The notes beneath the pieces are model-generated. The model did no database searches, was not told the DNA's origin, and was given only the letters and a program-made list of their open reading frames with translations. The position numbers and the translations under genes were made by a program. A DNA stretch of 64,000 nt from a virus. This document shows positions 48,632 to 56,874 of this stretch, piece after piece (the stretch's first letter is position 1; every line of letters starts with the position of its first letter). The stretch lies in IMG/VR virus record IMGVR_UViG_3300031652_000001; one strand, written 5' to 3'.

Positions 48632-49285
48632 TTATCTCTTCCCCCACGATCTCAAAACATCACCAATATTTTTGGTCCTCTCCCACTCAGGATACATTGA
48701 CAAAAACCTATCAACAGCCAAACCAGCCGTCCTCATGACTTTCTTCTTCTTCGTGTTCACAAGCCACATTTTACCAGGAGACTCAGAACCAACCGGTGGA
48801 AGACTTATACCCGCCTTCCTAGACCACATCATCAATTTCTTATTGGCCTCACCAGGACTATCCGCTTCTCTTTGAACAATGATTTGCTCATATCTTTTTC
48901 GTATCCCTTCTTCTTCTTTTCGCTTCACATCAAGATCTGTTACCTGTCTCTGAATAGCTCTCAATTGTCCTTGACCAAGCTCTTTTGGGTACCCAAGAAG
49001 CCGATGAAGATGATCCCCTCCAACCGGAACAATCTTTCCATCCTGATTCTTTACCCAATATACATGAACAATTTTTCTGTTACAGGTTGAACACTTCAGA
49101 GCTTTATCCCAATCACTCACCTTCGCATCTACCATCCCATCCTCAGCCTTACTGAAAACAAGATCCCATTTCCAGATCCACTGATAAGCAATTGCTTCAT
49201 TTCCATTTGGACCTCGAAAGTTTTTCTGTTTTGCAGCCGCCTTCACCTGTGCTGGAACGATATAGTTTCTCTGTCTCAATGTCAT
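48632..49285 (-). CDS. Hypothetical protein with Zn-ribbon-like motif
   Basis: CSTC...VG..H; MTLRQRNY leader-like start. Confidence 0.6.
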   Translation of the reverse strand: MTLRQRNYIVPAQVKAAAKQKNFRGPNGNEAIAYQWIWKWDLVFSKAEDGMVDAKVSDWDKALKCSTCNRKIVHVYWVKNQDGKIVPVGGDHLHRLLGYPKELGQGQLRAIQRQVTDLDVKRKEEEGIRKRYEQIIVQREADSPGEANKKLMMWSRKAGISLPPVGSESPGKMWLVNTKKKKVMRTAGLAVDRFLSMYPEWERTKNIGDVLRSWGKR

Positions 49286-49287
49286 TT

Positions 49288-49653
49288 TTAATAAATCTTA
49301 GCTTTTCTCAACAAGTCACTAACATATCTCGAAGACACATCTTTCATAAGCTTTGAAAGCGCACCCTCCCTTGTTATCCACCAAGCATTCCAACCTTTAA
49401 ACACTCCATCCAGTATCTGTGCACGATAACCAGTCTTCCCTTTCTTTGTCTTCGGTTGTGAACCAGGAGAAAAATCCGGTGTTGAAAAACTTTTCCAGTC
49501 TATTTCTTCTTTCGTATTATAAACAATCTTGACCTTTCCGAAAACCGTCTTTAGCACCACATCGTCTTTATAATTATGCCTGGACTCCTCGATTAAACGT
49601 TTTCCAATTTCTGGTGAATCAATAGAATCAATAATTTTTTTCAAATTATTCAT
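49288..49653 (-). CDS. Hypothetical protein
   Basis: AGGAGG RBS; leader ends LIEE. Confidence 0.65.
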   Translation of the reverse strand: MNNLKKIIDSIDSPEIGKRLIEESRHNYKDDVVLKTVFGKVKIVYNTKEEIDWKSFSTPDFSPGSQPKTKKGKTGYRAQILDGVFKGWNAWWITREGALSKLMKDVSSRYVSDLLRKAKIY

Positions 49654-49725
49654 TACTTCTAACCTCCTTATTAAAGGAAATCATACCAAACCAAAAATGT
49701 CTATCTTTCATCGTAGTCGGCTTTT

Positions 49726-49760
49726 TGGGAGACGGTGGAATCGAACCACTCGCCTAACTA
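49726..49760 (-). pseudogene. tRNA 3'-half fragment
   Basis: T arm GTGG-TTCGATT-CCAC plus acceptor 3' strand only. Confidence 0.5.
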
Positions 49761-49766
49761 GAGGAG

Positions 49767-49853
49767 TGGATGAGGCAAGACTCGAACTTGCGATGTTTAC
49801 CCATAGGGTGGAAGATTTACAGTCTTCTGGGATCGCCACTACCCAACTCATCC
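49767..49853 (-). tRNA. tRNA-Tyr (GTA)
   Basis: Cloverleaf, loop CTGTAAA, long V arm. Confidence 0.85.
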
Positions 49854-49910
49854 ATAATAAAAATCTTTCCATTTATCTCCAACATAATCTTGAAAATTCT
49901 TAATCTATAG

Positions 49911-49984
49911 AGTCCCGAGAGGGATTCGAACCCCCGTCCATGCTGAGTTGCAATCAACCGCCTATCCATCTCGGCTATCGGGAC
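49911..49984 (-). tRNA. tRNA-Cys (GCA)
   Basis: Cloverleaf, loop TTGCAAC, U73. Confidence 0.88.
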
Positions 49985-50047
49985 ATCTCTAAAAATAATT
50001 TGTAAAAAACAACCCAAATACTACCATAACAAAAAGGAGGTACAAAA

Positions 50048-50311
50048 ATGAAAAAATGGTCAGCAGACGTAAAAACAAAATGGAGTCCCCCAAAGGGTTT
50101 CTTCTCTCAATCTGCATCTCAAATAGCATCAGGCTTGAAAGCAGCATCAAAAGACACCGCTCAAGCCATGAGCAGACTAAATTTCTATATCAATCGAGCT
50201 GGAGCAAATCTGTCAGAAAAAGATAAGAAAAGACTCGAATCCGCCAAGCAAAAACTCATGGGTGAATCCATTCACAATCTCTTTGATTCCGTCGCTCTCA
50301 TTTTGGGATAG
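50048..50311 (+). CDS. DUF3175-like protein
   Basis: KKWS..V...AMS.LNFYINRAG.NL motif; AAGGAGGT RBS; the only clear plus-strand gene. Confidence 0.75.
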   Translation: MKKWSADVKTKWSPPKGFFSQSASQIASGLKAASKDTAQAMSRLNFYINRAGANLSEKDKKRLESAKQKLMGESIHNLFDSVALILG

Positions 50312-50387
50312 ATTTTGTTGCTCACGAAATACGATTTTTGAAACACAACCGCCTTTGATGCTCATACATTAAAACCAAAATCCCATA

Positions 50388-50476
50388 CTGAGGGTAAGGG
50401 ACTCGAACCCTTATGCCGGAGCTACCGACAGCCTCGGTTTTCGAAACCGGCCGCTTACCAATTCGCGCAACCCTCA
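50388..50476 (-). tRNA. tRNA-Ser (CGA)
   Basis: Cloverleaf, long V arm, G73. Confidence 0.85.
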
Positions 50477-50477
50477 C

Positions 50478-50750
50478 CTATGTCATTTCACTTGGGTGTT
50501 TAGAAAAATCGATCCTGATTTTCCCGGGATCAGTTATTCTCTGTATATTCAAAGGGCTATACTGCACCCAGTAATCGTACCTCTTATCCATTACCCCAGA
50601 CGACAGCTTCTTCAGCAAGTGTTTACCCTCGTATCCCAAAGAGAACTTAGTAGGATCCTTACCCTTCGGCGCTATCCGTATCTGCGTATAGTTCACTGCC
50701 CTTGGACGTGATCCGGACTCGTCCAAATAGCCCCTGTGCCTCAATCCCAT
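50478..50750 (-). CDS. Hypothetical protein with LRHRGYLDE leader
   Basis: Start MGLRH with GGAGG RBS. Confidence 0.65.
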   Translation of the reverse strand: MGLRHRGYLDESGSRPRAVNYTQIRIAPKGKDPTKFSLGYEGKHLLKKLSSGVMDKRYDYWVQYSPLNIQRITDPGKIRIDFSKHPSEMT

Positions 50751-50894
50751 GAAAACCTCCATATCGCTTCCCTCAATAAAATGACTTCTCTCAATGCCTT
50801 CATTCTAAATACCCTGGAACTAGTAAATCACACCCACTGTAATCGTCCACTTTTCGTTAGAAAATTTTGATACGAAACTGATACTTTGAAAGCC

Positions 50895-51068
50895 CTATAT
50901 CCGAACAATATCGAGACACACCTCTGGATATCCTGCCTCCGAATACCTTGCCGCCTCAACACCAAAACCATCCGGAAGCCTGCCCGAAAGGTCCTCCTTC
51001 GCCTCCTTTATCACCTCATCCAGCTCATCATCCGGTATCACTTCCCTACTCACTTGACTCATCATCAT
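50895..51068 (-). CDS. Small acidic hypothetical protein (57 aa)
   Basis: GGAGGTG RBS; MMMSQVSREVIPDDELDEV... Confidence 0.5.
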   Translation of the reverse strand: MMMSQVSREVIPDDELDEVIKEAKEDLSGRLPDGFGVEAARYSEAGYPEVCLDIVRI

Positions 51069-51097
51069 TCACCTCCACGAATATCTTATCACACCAG

Positions 51098-51187
51098 AAG
51101 AGGGAAGGGGACTCGAACCCCTACGGCAGCCAATAACCGCCACTCCCGGGTTCAAACCGGGCGCCTTACCATTGAGACTATCCCTCC
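51098..51187 (-). tRNA. tRNA-Ser (TGA)
   Basis: Cloverleaf, loop TTTGAAC, long V arm; atypical discriminator. Confidence 0.8.
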
Positions 51188-51206
51188 TTGTACTGTCTTC
51201 GGATTC

Positions 51207-51725
51207 TTACTTTAATTTTTTGTAGTTGAAGCTGATCCGCTCAAGCGACCTTGCCTGGAATGTTCTGGCCTGGTCGATTAGCCACTTCCTCGCAGCATCC
51301 TTTGCTGCACGGACACTCTTGTACTCACCAATGATTGTTGTACTGGAAGGACTTCTTCTCATATAGACAGATGCTCGATACTTATTGGAACGTTTCGGTC
51401 CGTCTGGATCAAGATCATAAACAGAAAAAACAAGATCCCTTTTGACTCCTCGACCAATCATGCGAATTACCGAATGAAAGCTGTCAACACTTTCCAAATC
51501 CTTTTTCCAGGTCATTACCTGTTTCACAGCTCTCGGAATATCAACCGCTTTCACTGCTGATATTCCCTTGTGGTATTCAACATTTTTAGGATGTTCTGTC
51601 CTATCCTTAAGAGGAAGACTTTTTACGTCAGAGCTCAAGTCAGGCCACTCAATCTCAATCTTCTTCCCCTCTTTGAGCATATCAACCGTGCTGCTGAGGA
51701 TTTCGTTTGCTTCTCTGAGTCCCAT
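51207..51725 (-). CDS. Basic hypothetical protein with leader ANEILSSTVDMLKE
   Basis: GAGGAG RBS. Confidence 0.65.
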   Translation of the reverse strand: MGLREANEILSSTVDMLKEGKKIEIEWPDLSSDVKSLPLKDRTEHPKNVEYHKGISAVKAVDIPRAVKQVMTWKKDLESVDSFHSVIRMIGRGVKRDLVFSVYDLDPDGPKRSNKYRASVYMRRSPSSTTIIGEYKSVRAAKDAARKWLIDQARTFQARSLERISFNYKKLK

Positions 51726-51736
51726 GAATATCTCCT

Positions 51737-52258
51737 CTACGCCTTGACCAAGAAACGCCGCCTACCGGTGGACCCAATTGATTCCTTCCCGTACTTACCA
51801 TCCGGATCACTGATCTCTACCACCTTAAGCTCTCCCCGTTTTATTAGCTTCAAGATGGCCGCATGCTCACTCTTCTTGAATCTAAAGAAGTCGCCATACA
51901 AAAGACATTTTGAAATGGCCCCGAGGTCAGCAGGAAGCTTGTTGCTGATCTTCGACAGAATAGCTTTCTCTGTCTTCCCCATCGACCTGCTGGGCTTTGC
52001 TGCCAGAGCCTTCACGAGCCCGCTCTGCTGCGTATATGTGGTGCTCAAAGCATCTTTTATCATCCGCTGTGTAACGTCTGCCTCTATCGGCACAGGCGCC
52101 ATCCCAGGGAAGTCCGGAAGCTTCAGGCTGCCCTCTGACTCAAGAATCCTCTCCTCGACAACCGCATCGACGGTATCTCGGACCATAAACCTCCGCTGGT
52201 ATAAGCCTACAGCTTCACTAAGAAGCTCGTTTATCGTACCGAGAACATCTGGACTCAT
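51737..52258 (-). CDS. Hypothetical protein with leader INELLSEAVGL...ILE
   Basis: GGAGGAG RBS. Confidence 0.65.
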   Translation of the reverse strand: MSPDVLGTINELLSEAVGLYQRRFMVRDTVDAVVEERILESEGSLKLPDFPGMAPVPIEADVTQRMIKDALSTTYTQQSGLVKALAAKPSRSMGKTEKAILSKISNKLPADLGAISKCLLYGDFFRFKKSEHAAILKLIKRGELKVVEISDPDGKYGKESIGSTGRRRFLVKA

Positions 52259-52373
52259 GGACTCCTCCTAGCAGTTGTTCCATTCCATTTGCCTGACTCA
52301 ATCCCATGATAACCTCTTGATGAAATTCTCCTCCATCACGAGATGACAGTCAATAATCCACTGTTTTTTTTTT

Positions 52374-52460
52374 AGGAGGTACCCGTATTTAAACCAAGAC
52401 CGCTTTTTACCGCGCTCTATCCATTCCACAGACAGATCTTACCATTGAGGTTATCCCTCC
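52374..52460 (-). pseudogene. Degenerate copy of tRNA-Ser (GGA)
   Basis: D loop and V arm nearly identical to 52592-52678; T loop and stems broken. Confidence 0.7.
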
Positions 52461-52545
52461 ATTTTGTCATTTCACATTGACACAAAAAGTTTTTTTGGTA
52501 ATATCCAAACCACCTAAGCACGCAACGTGCAACCCCCCCGTCTCT

Positions 52546-52583
52546 GAGGGCATCGGCTTCGCCAGTTGGTGCCCTCTTTTTTT
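52546..52583 (+). terminator. Plus-strand intrinsic terminator
   Basis: GAGGGCA...TGCCCTC hairpin followed by T7. Confidence 0.6.
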
Positions 52584-52591
52584 ATACTTTG

Positions 52592-52678
52592 CGGGAGCGC
52601 CTGGATTCGAACCAGAACCACGTTTTACCGTGCTCTATCCTTTCCACGGATGGGCCTTACCATTGAGGCTACACTCCC
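52592..52678 (-). tRNA. tRNA-Ser (GGA)
   Basis: Cloverleaf, loop GTGGAAA, long V arm, G73. Confidence 0.8.
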
Positions 52679-52780
52679 TATCTCGCCTATTCAGTTGTCA
52701 ACGAACAACGACAAAATGCCTTCCGGACATACGGCGCCCGAAACAACACGAAACCCACCTCGTTATCTACGAGGTAAGGT

Positions 52781-52891
52781 CTACCAGCTCAAATACGATG
52801 AAAATAAAAACAGACAGGATATGAGGAGCCCATTGACCATTGCGGTATGAATCATTTGTCTCTGCTCATTTTGTTCTCGATGCCTTTTCAT
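52781..52891 (-). CDS. 36-aa small membrane peptide
   Basis: AGGAGGT RBS; MKRHREQNEQRQMIHTAMVNGLLISCLFLFSSYLSW; upstream TTGACT-N18-TATTCT. Confidence 0.5.
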   Translation of the reverse strand: MKRHREQNEQRQMIHTAMVNGLLISCLFLFSSYLSW

Positions 52892-52973
52892 GGCACACCT
52901 CCTGTCAGCAACAGCAAGAATACTTTGTGAAATTGATTTCAGTCAAGAAAAAAACAAGGTGGGTCAGAAAATA

Positions 52974-53888
52974 TCAACAGCACTGAGGAAGCGCTTGAGC
53001 AAGAGCTATAATCTGATCAACACGATTGGCAAGATCAGTCCTCCCAATATCAATAGCGTCTTGTCTCCTATCGTCCAACTCTGTCAAAATTTGCTCCCTG
53101 CTCAAATTGGCCGCATAAGCGATCACCTTCATCGTAGCAAGCCGATCCGCCTGATCAGGAAAAACCGCCTGGTAATCATTCACCACCTTATCCACCAATG
53201 GATAAACGATCTCCCTCGAACAATTCATAATCTCAGGCAACAACAGATCCACGGTATGGCATTCGCCACACCCATCGATGACCTTCATCACCTTCGATGT
53301 ATCCTCGTTGTCCCCAAAACAAACCCTTGCCCACAGCTTGTAACAGCCAGGAGGGACATCCATTTCCACATGGTTTATGTATTCCCCTGAAGGCGGCTGA
53401 ATCTTAATCCGCTGTGCACCATGATAATACCTGGTACTGATACTGTACCCAGAACCCTGCTCAATAGGAGCCCACGCAAGATCACAGTTCCCACCAATCA
53501 CCAGTGTAGCCGATGGACCTTTATCCTCAGACGTAATGGTTATATGACCATCCTCCAAAGTTATTTCACAATCCGAAAAAACGTTTTTGATCTGACTATA
53601 GATCTCAACCTGTGTTGCCGCCGGTGTCGTGAATATATGTGTCTGAAGTGTTCCAGACCCAACCGTAACCTCCAAGGTTTTTCCGGATTGATCCACCAGA
53701 GGAAAATCTGTCAGTTCAAAAACCCTTGCCGGTTTTGAGTATCGATCTTTCAACTGATCAACGATCGGAAACACCTCATACAACGGAGTTCCATTACACA
53801 ACTGTACAACCAAATCCAGGAGCCAGCCTGTCTTTATCGGAACACAAGCGCTGTCTCTAACCATGACGTTCAAACGTGATGTACCCAT
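52974..53888 (-). CDS. Hypothetical protein with a sheath-insert-like domain
   Basis: GGAGG RBS; AAT..EI...I......C.I......I.I.S...G....L.I segment. Confidence 0.6.
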   Translation of the reverse strand: MGTSRLNVMVRDSACVPIKTGWLLDLVVQLCNGTPLYEVFPIVDQLKDRYSKPARVFELTDFPLVDQSGKTLEVTVGSGTLQTHIFTTPAATQVEIYSQIKNVFSDCEITLEDGHITITSEDKGPSATLVIGGNCDLAWAPIEQGSGYSISTRYYHGAQRIKIQPPSGEYINHVEMDVPPGCYKLWARVCFGDNEDTSKVMKVIDGCGECHTVDLLLPEIMNCSREIVYPLVDKVVNDYQAVFPDQADRLATMKVIAYAANLSREQILTELDDRRQDAIDIGRTDLANRVDQIIALAQALPQCC

Positions 53889-53998
53889 TCAATTCCTCCC
53901 TTTATCGTTCACATACCCAAATATTTCTGAAACCGACAAAGGTGATAGACCACGGAAAAAAACATCGCAACAAAAAATATTTATGGAAAAGAAAGGAA

Positions 53999-54448
53999 CT
54001 AAGAATTCAGAACATGATCGAAAGCTTGCAGTGCATCACAAATTTTCTCAATCCTCCTCGAAACCTTTTTCTCATGTTTTGAATGACCGGATGTTGCCCT
54101 TGCCAACTTCTCTGAAAGTCCCCTTGCCAAAGAAGCATAGTCAATCAACCCAATAACACTGTAAAGTTTATCCTTCGAATCAACACGATCAACATGCTCA
54201 CCAACAACATAGACAGACTTATTCGTAATGAAAATATTATCGACTTTCAAAACTCTTCCTTCGAAGTCATCCATGTTGTCGCCAACAATATCTATGACAG
54301 GAAATACGGCCTCAACCAAACGCCAAACAGCCTCAACCTTCAATGAAGAAAATTCCTTTCTAGCCTCCCCACTTTTATTCCACTCACTCAGCAATCTCTC
54401 AACTTGCTGAACCAAAATCCCATCAATCTTCGACATCATTATCCTCAT
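53999..54448 (-). CDS. Hypothetical protein
   Basis: Coupled ORF; likely start MMSKID. Confidence 0.55.
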   Translation of the reverse strand: MRIMMSKIDGILVQQVERLLSEWNKSGEARKEFSSLKVEAVWRLVEAVFPVIDIVGDNMDDFEGRVLKVDNIFITNKSVYVVGEHVDRVDSKDKLYSVIGLIDYASLARGLSEKLARATSGHSKHEKKVSRRIEKICDALQAFDHVLNS

Positions 54449-55286
54449 TCGTCTGCTGTATCAACGGATGATTCCAGTTCACTATCAGTACCCCAAAAGT
54501 ATCAACATCACCCCTTCCCGATTTTTTATTTTCCCGCTTCCAAACATTCCTCTTCTCCATCTCAATAATGGTCTCCCTGATGTCCTTTCTCGCCAATTCA
54601 GGAAATCTATCAGACAAGAAATTGATAAAAGGAGAAAGCCAGAGCTCTGGGTTATTATACCGCGCTCTCATCTCGTGAGCGACATGAGCAAAAGCCTCCC
54701 ATCTCTCAGCTTCCTCTTTATCAATCCCCTTTGGAATAGCACTCTTCTTCTTCTTCTTTTCATCAGCTTTTTTAGGAATCGTGGATGGCGCCAACAGCAT
54801 ACACTCCACAAGTTTAGTTGGATCAAAGAAACTCTTTTCTCCAATAAATCTCAAAAGATCTCCGGACATGGACTGAGGCATTGAACAGACAAAACACCTT
54901 TTACCAAGCTCTTTCAGTTTGGCAACCACCGGTATAAAATCACGATCCCCACCAATTATACAAAACGTTTCAATGTTCGGTCTCGTGTAAACAGTCTCAA
55001 TAGCGTCAACGGCCAACATGAGGTCAGCAGAATTTTTGGATAGCTCGGCAAGCACATGCATCGAAACAAAGCCATCAAGGGCAAGCTCATTCGCCATGGA
55101 TGCATATTCATGATCTCCAAAGGGGAGATAGCTCCTTCTTATCACCACAGTAGAATCGAACTCTGTTTCTATCTTAGATATTACCGCCTCAATGATGTTC
55201 ATGAAGAGAATGTCGTGTTCCTGATATTTGCCACGTAAAGACAAATACAGATTCTCATAGTCAAGAAGTATCGCCGCCAAACTCAT
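54423..55286 (-). CDS. NYN-domain (LabA/DUF88, PIN-like) ribonuclease
   Basis: LDYEN, KNSAD..L.VDA, GD.DF.P....L...GK. Confidence 0.85.
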   Translation of the reverse strand: MSLAAILLDYENLYLSLRGKYQEHDILFMNIIEAVISKIETEFDSTVVIRRSYLPFGDHEYASMANELALDGFVSMHVLAELSKNSADLMLAVDAIETVYTRPNIETFCIIGGDRDFIPVVAKLKELGKRCFVCSMPQSMSGDLLRFIGEKSFFDPTKLVECMLLAPSTIPKKADEKKKKKSAIPKGIDKEEAERWEAFAHVAHEMRARYNNPELWLSPFINFLSDRFPELARKDIRETIIEMEKRNVWKRENKKSGRGDVDTFGVLIVNWNHPLIQQTNEDNDVED

Positions 55287-55289
55287 AGT

Positions 55290-55589
55290 TCACCTTTCTT
55301 TCTTGATAATGTCGGTCACCTCTTTTCTCATCCTCTCACAATTCTTAACATCCTTCATGATGGACAGAAAAGACAGCTCGGTCATGGTCAACGATCTACT
55401 CCTCAGGCGATCATCCCTGTAGCAAATTCTCATCAAACCCTTCCTCTCCTGGTAATGAAGGGTATACCCATTTCTCATCCCCGTCTGAATCGCTTCAACC
55501 GCTTGTTCTCTCGAAACCTTTCCCATCTTATAAAAACCTCCATAAAAAAGTCGAGCCCCACCTTTGAGGCCCGACCATGTCTCGCTCAA
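55290..55589 (-). CDS. Hypothetical protein (likely start MGKVSR)
   Basis: GGAGG upstream of an internal ATG. Confidence 0.5.
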   Translation of the reverse strand: MSETWSGLKGGARLFYGGFYKMGKVSREQAVEAIQTGMRNGYTLHYQERKGLMRICYRDDRLRSRSLTMTELSFLSIMKDVKNCERMRKEVTDIIKKER

Positions 55590-56789
55590 TTATGCCGCTT
55601 TGTTGTCAACAACCTTTATATTGCACCTGGTAAGAACTGTCTGTTTCACACCCTTGTACGCATCATGTTTTTTGACAGTACCAGTAACCACCACCTCTGC
55701 ACCAATCTCATAGTCGACATCAGTGGAGGTAAACCACTTGAACTTGTTTCCATCGGAATCCTCGAAAAGAACCATGAAGCACTCACCAAACTGCCCGTAA
55801 AAACCACGAACCATGGTGATAACCGCTTTGATCCCTTTGATTCTCTCACCTATATTACCAATGTGCTCGGAGACCTTTTTCACCGGCTTCTTCGCTCTCA
55901 CGTTGTCCCTGTCGTATGCCGCCACCAAAGACGCCACCAAACCCCTTGTCCGCCCCGTAACGTGGTCCAGATTGCACGCAACCTGAAGATTCCAGATGTA
56001 TTCGCTCCACATTCCATCTTGCTTCGCTTTGATCCAAGCCATCGCCGCATCGGCCTTTTCGAAATCTCCCTTGGTCGGTTGACTGCGCTGCCACTGTTCA
56101 ATATCGTACCTGTTCTCCGTCTTCGGGAGCGGCCAATACAAGAACTCAGCAGACCTCACAGTCGCCTTGTTATCCTTGGAGGGATAGAAGCACCCATCTT
56201 GCCTTACGGCCGCACACGCGCACGCCACGAAGTCTCTCGTTTCGGGGTAACCGGCTGTCACATCATAATCCCTGTACGTCCCCTCGTTGTACTCTTTCTC
56301 AAAACTGGCCCAGAACATGAAATATGAAGCCACCTTGTCAACGTCGATGTCCCTGATGAAGTCCGCCAAACAGGTTCTACCAACCTGCATGATGATTCCA
56401 GTCTCAACGTGCTCGACGAAGAAGGTGTCCTTCCGACGCCGATTCGTGGAACAGTGGTCGCAATTCGGTTTCGCCGAACGCCAGTCGCCAATGTCCTTTA
56501 TACTGTCGATCCGGGTAATGATGTTCCCCTTCTCAGTATGCTCAACCCTCGCAACAAGGCGATAGCCGTTCACTACAGGGATCTCCCCGGCCAACTCGAA
56601 CCGAACAGCTTCCACCTTGACGGATCTACCTCTGGCTACTTCGACCCTAAAAAAGGTTTCCTCAACGTTCTCGATGGAGATTCCACCACCAATCTTCCGT
56701 CCCCTCTTATTGAGAGCCGCTACCTTTTTTTTGAATTTTGGGAAATGACTTGCTTCGATTACGTATGCCATTGTTTGCCTCCGCAGCAA
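55590..56789 (-). CDS. Phage protein with Zn ribbon and C-terminal OB fold
   Basis: CDHC...R.R...QVG..C; HIG..GER...D.DGN.F.W...V.GTVK.H..YKG.KQT.L.R. Confidence 0.65.
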   Translation of the reverse strand: MLRRQTMAYVIEASHFPKFKKKVAALNKRGRKIGGGISIENVEETFFRVEVARGRSVKVEAVRFELAGEIPVVNGYRLVARVEHTEKGNIITRIDSIKDIGDWRSAKPNCDHCSTNRRRKDTFFVEHVETGIIMQVGRTCLADFIRDIDVDKVASYFMFWASFEKEYNEGTYRDYDVTAGYPETRDFVACACAAVRQDGCFYPSKDNKATVRSAEFLYWPLPKTENRYDIEQWQRSQPTKGDFEKADAAMAWIKAKQDGMWSEYIWNLQVACNLDHVTGRTRGLVASLVAAYDRDNVRAKKPVKKVSEHIGNIGERIKGIKAVITMVRGFYGQFGECFMVLFEDSDGNKFKWFTSTDVDYEIGAEVVVTGTVKKHDAYKGVKQTVLTRCNIKVVDNKAA

Positions 56790-56874
56790 CCATGAGGACT
56801 CCGCATCCTCTTCTACAAAGCTAATACGTATTCAGGGTCGCGTCAAGCGATAATGCGAAATTGATTTCACATTA

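Noticed and set aside
51098-51187. Selenocysteine or opal suppressor tRNA
   Set aside because: The anticodon is TGA (reads UCA, Ser), not TCA; 7-bp acceptor stem
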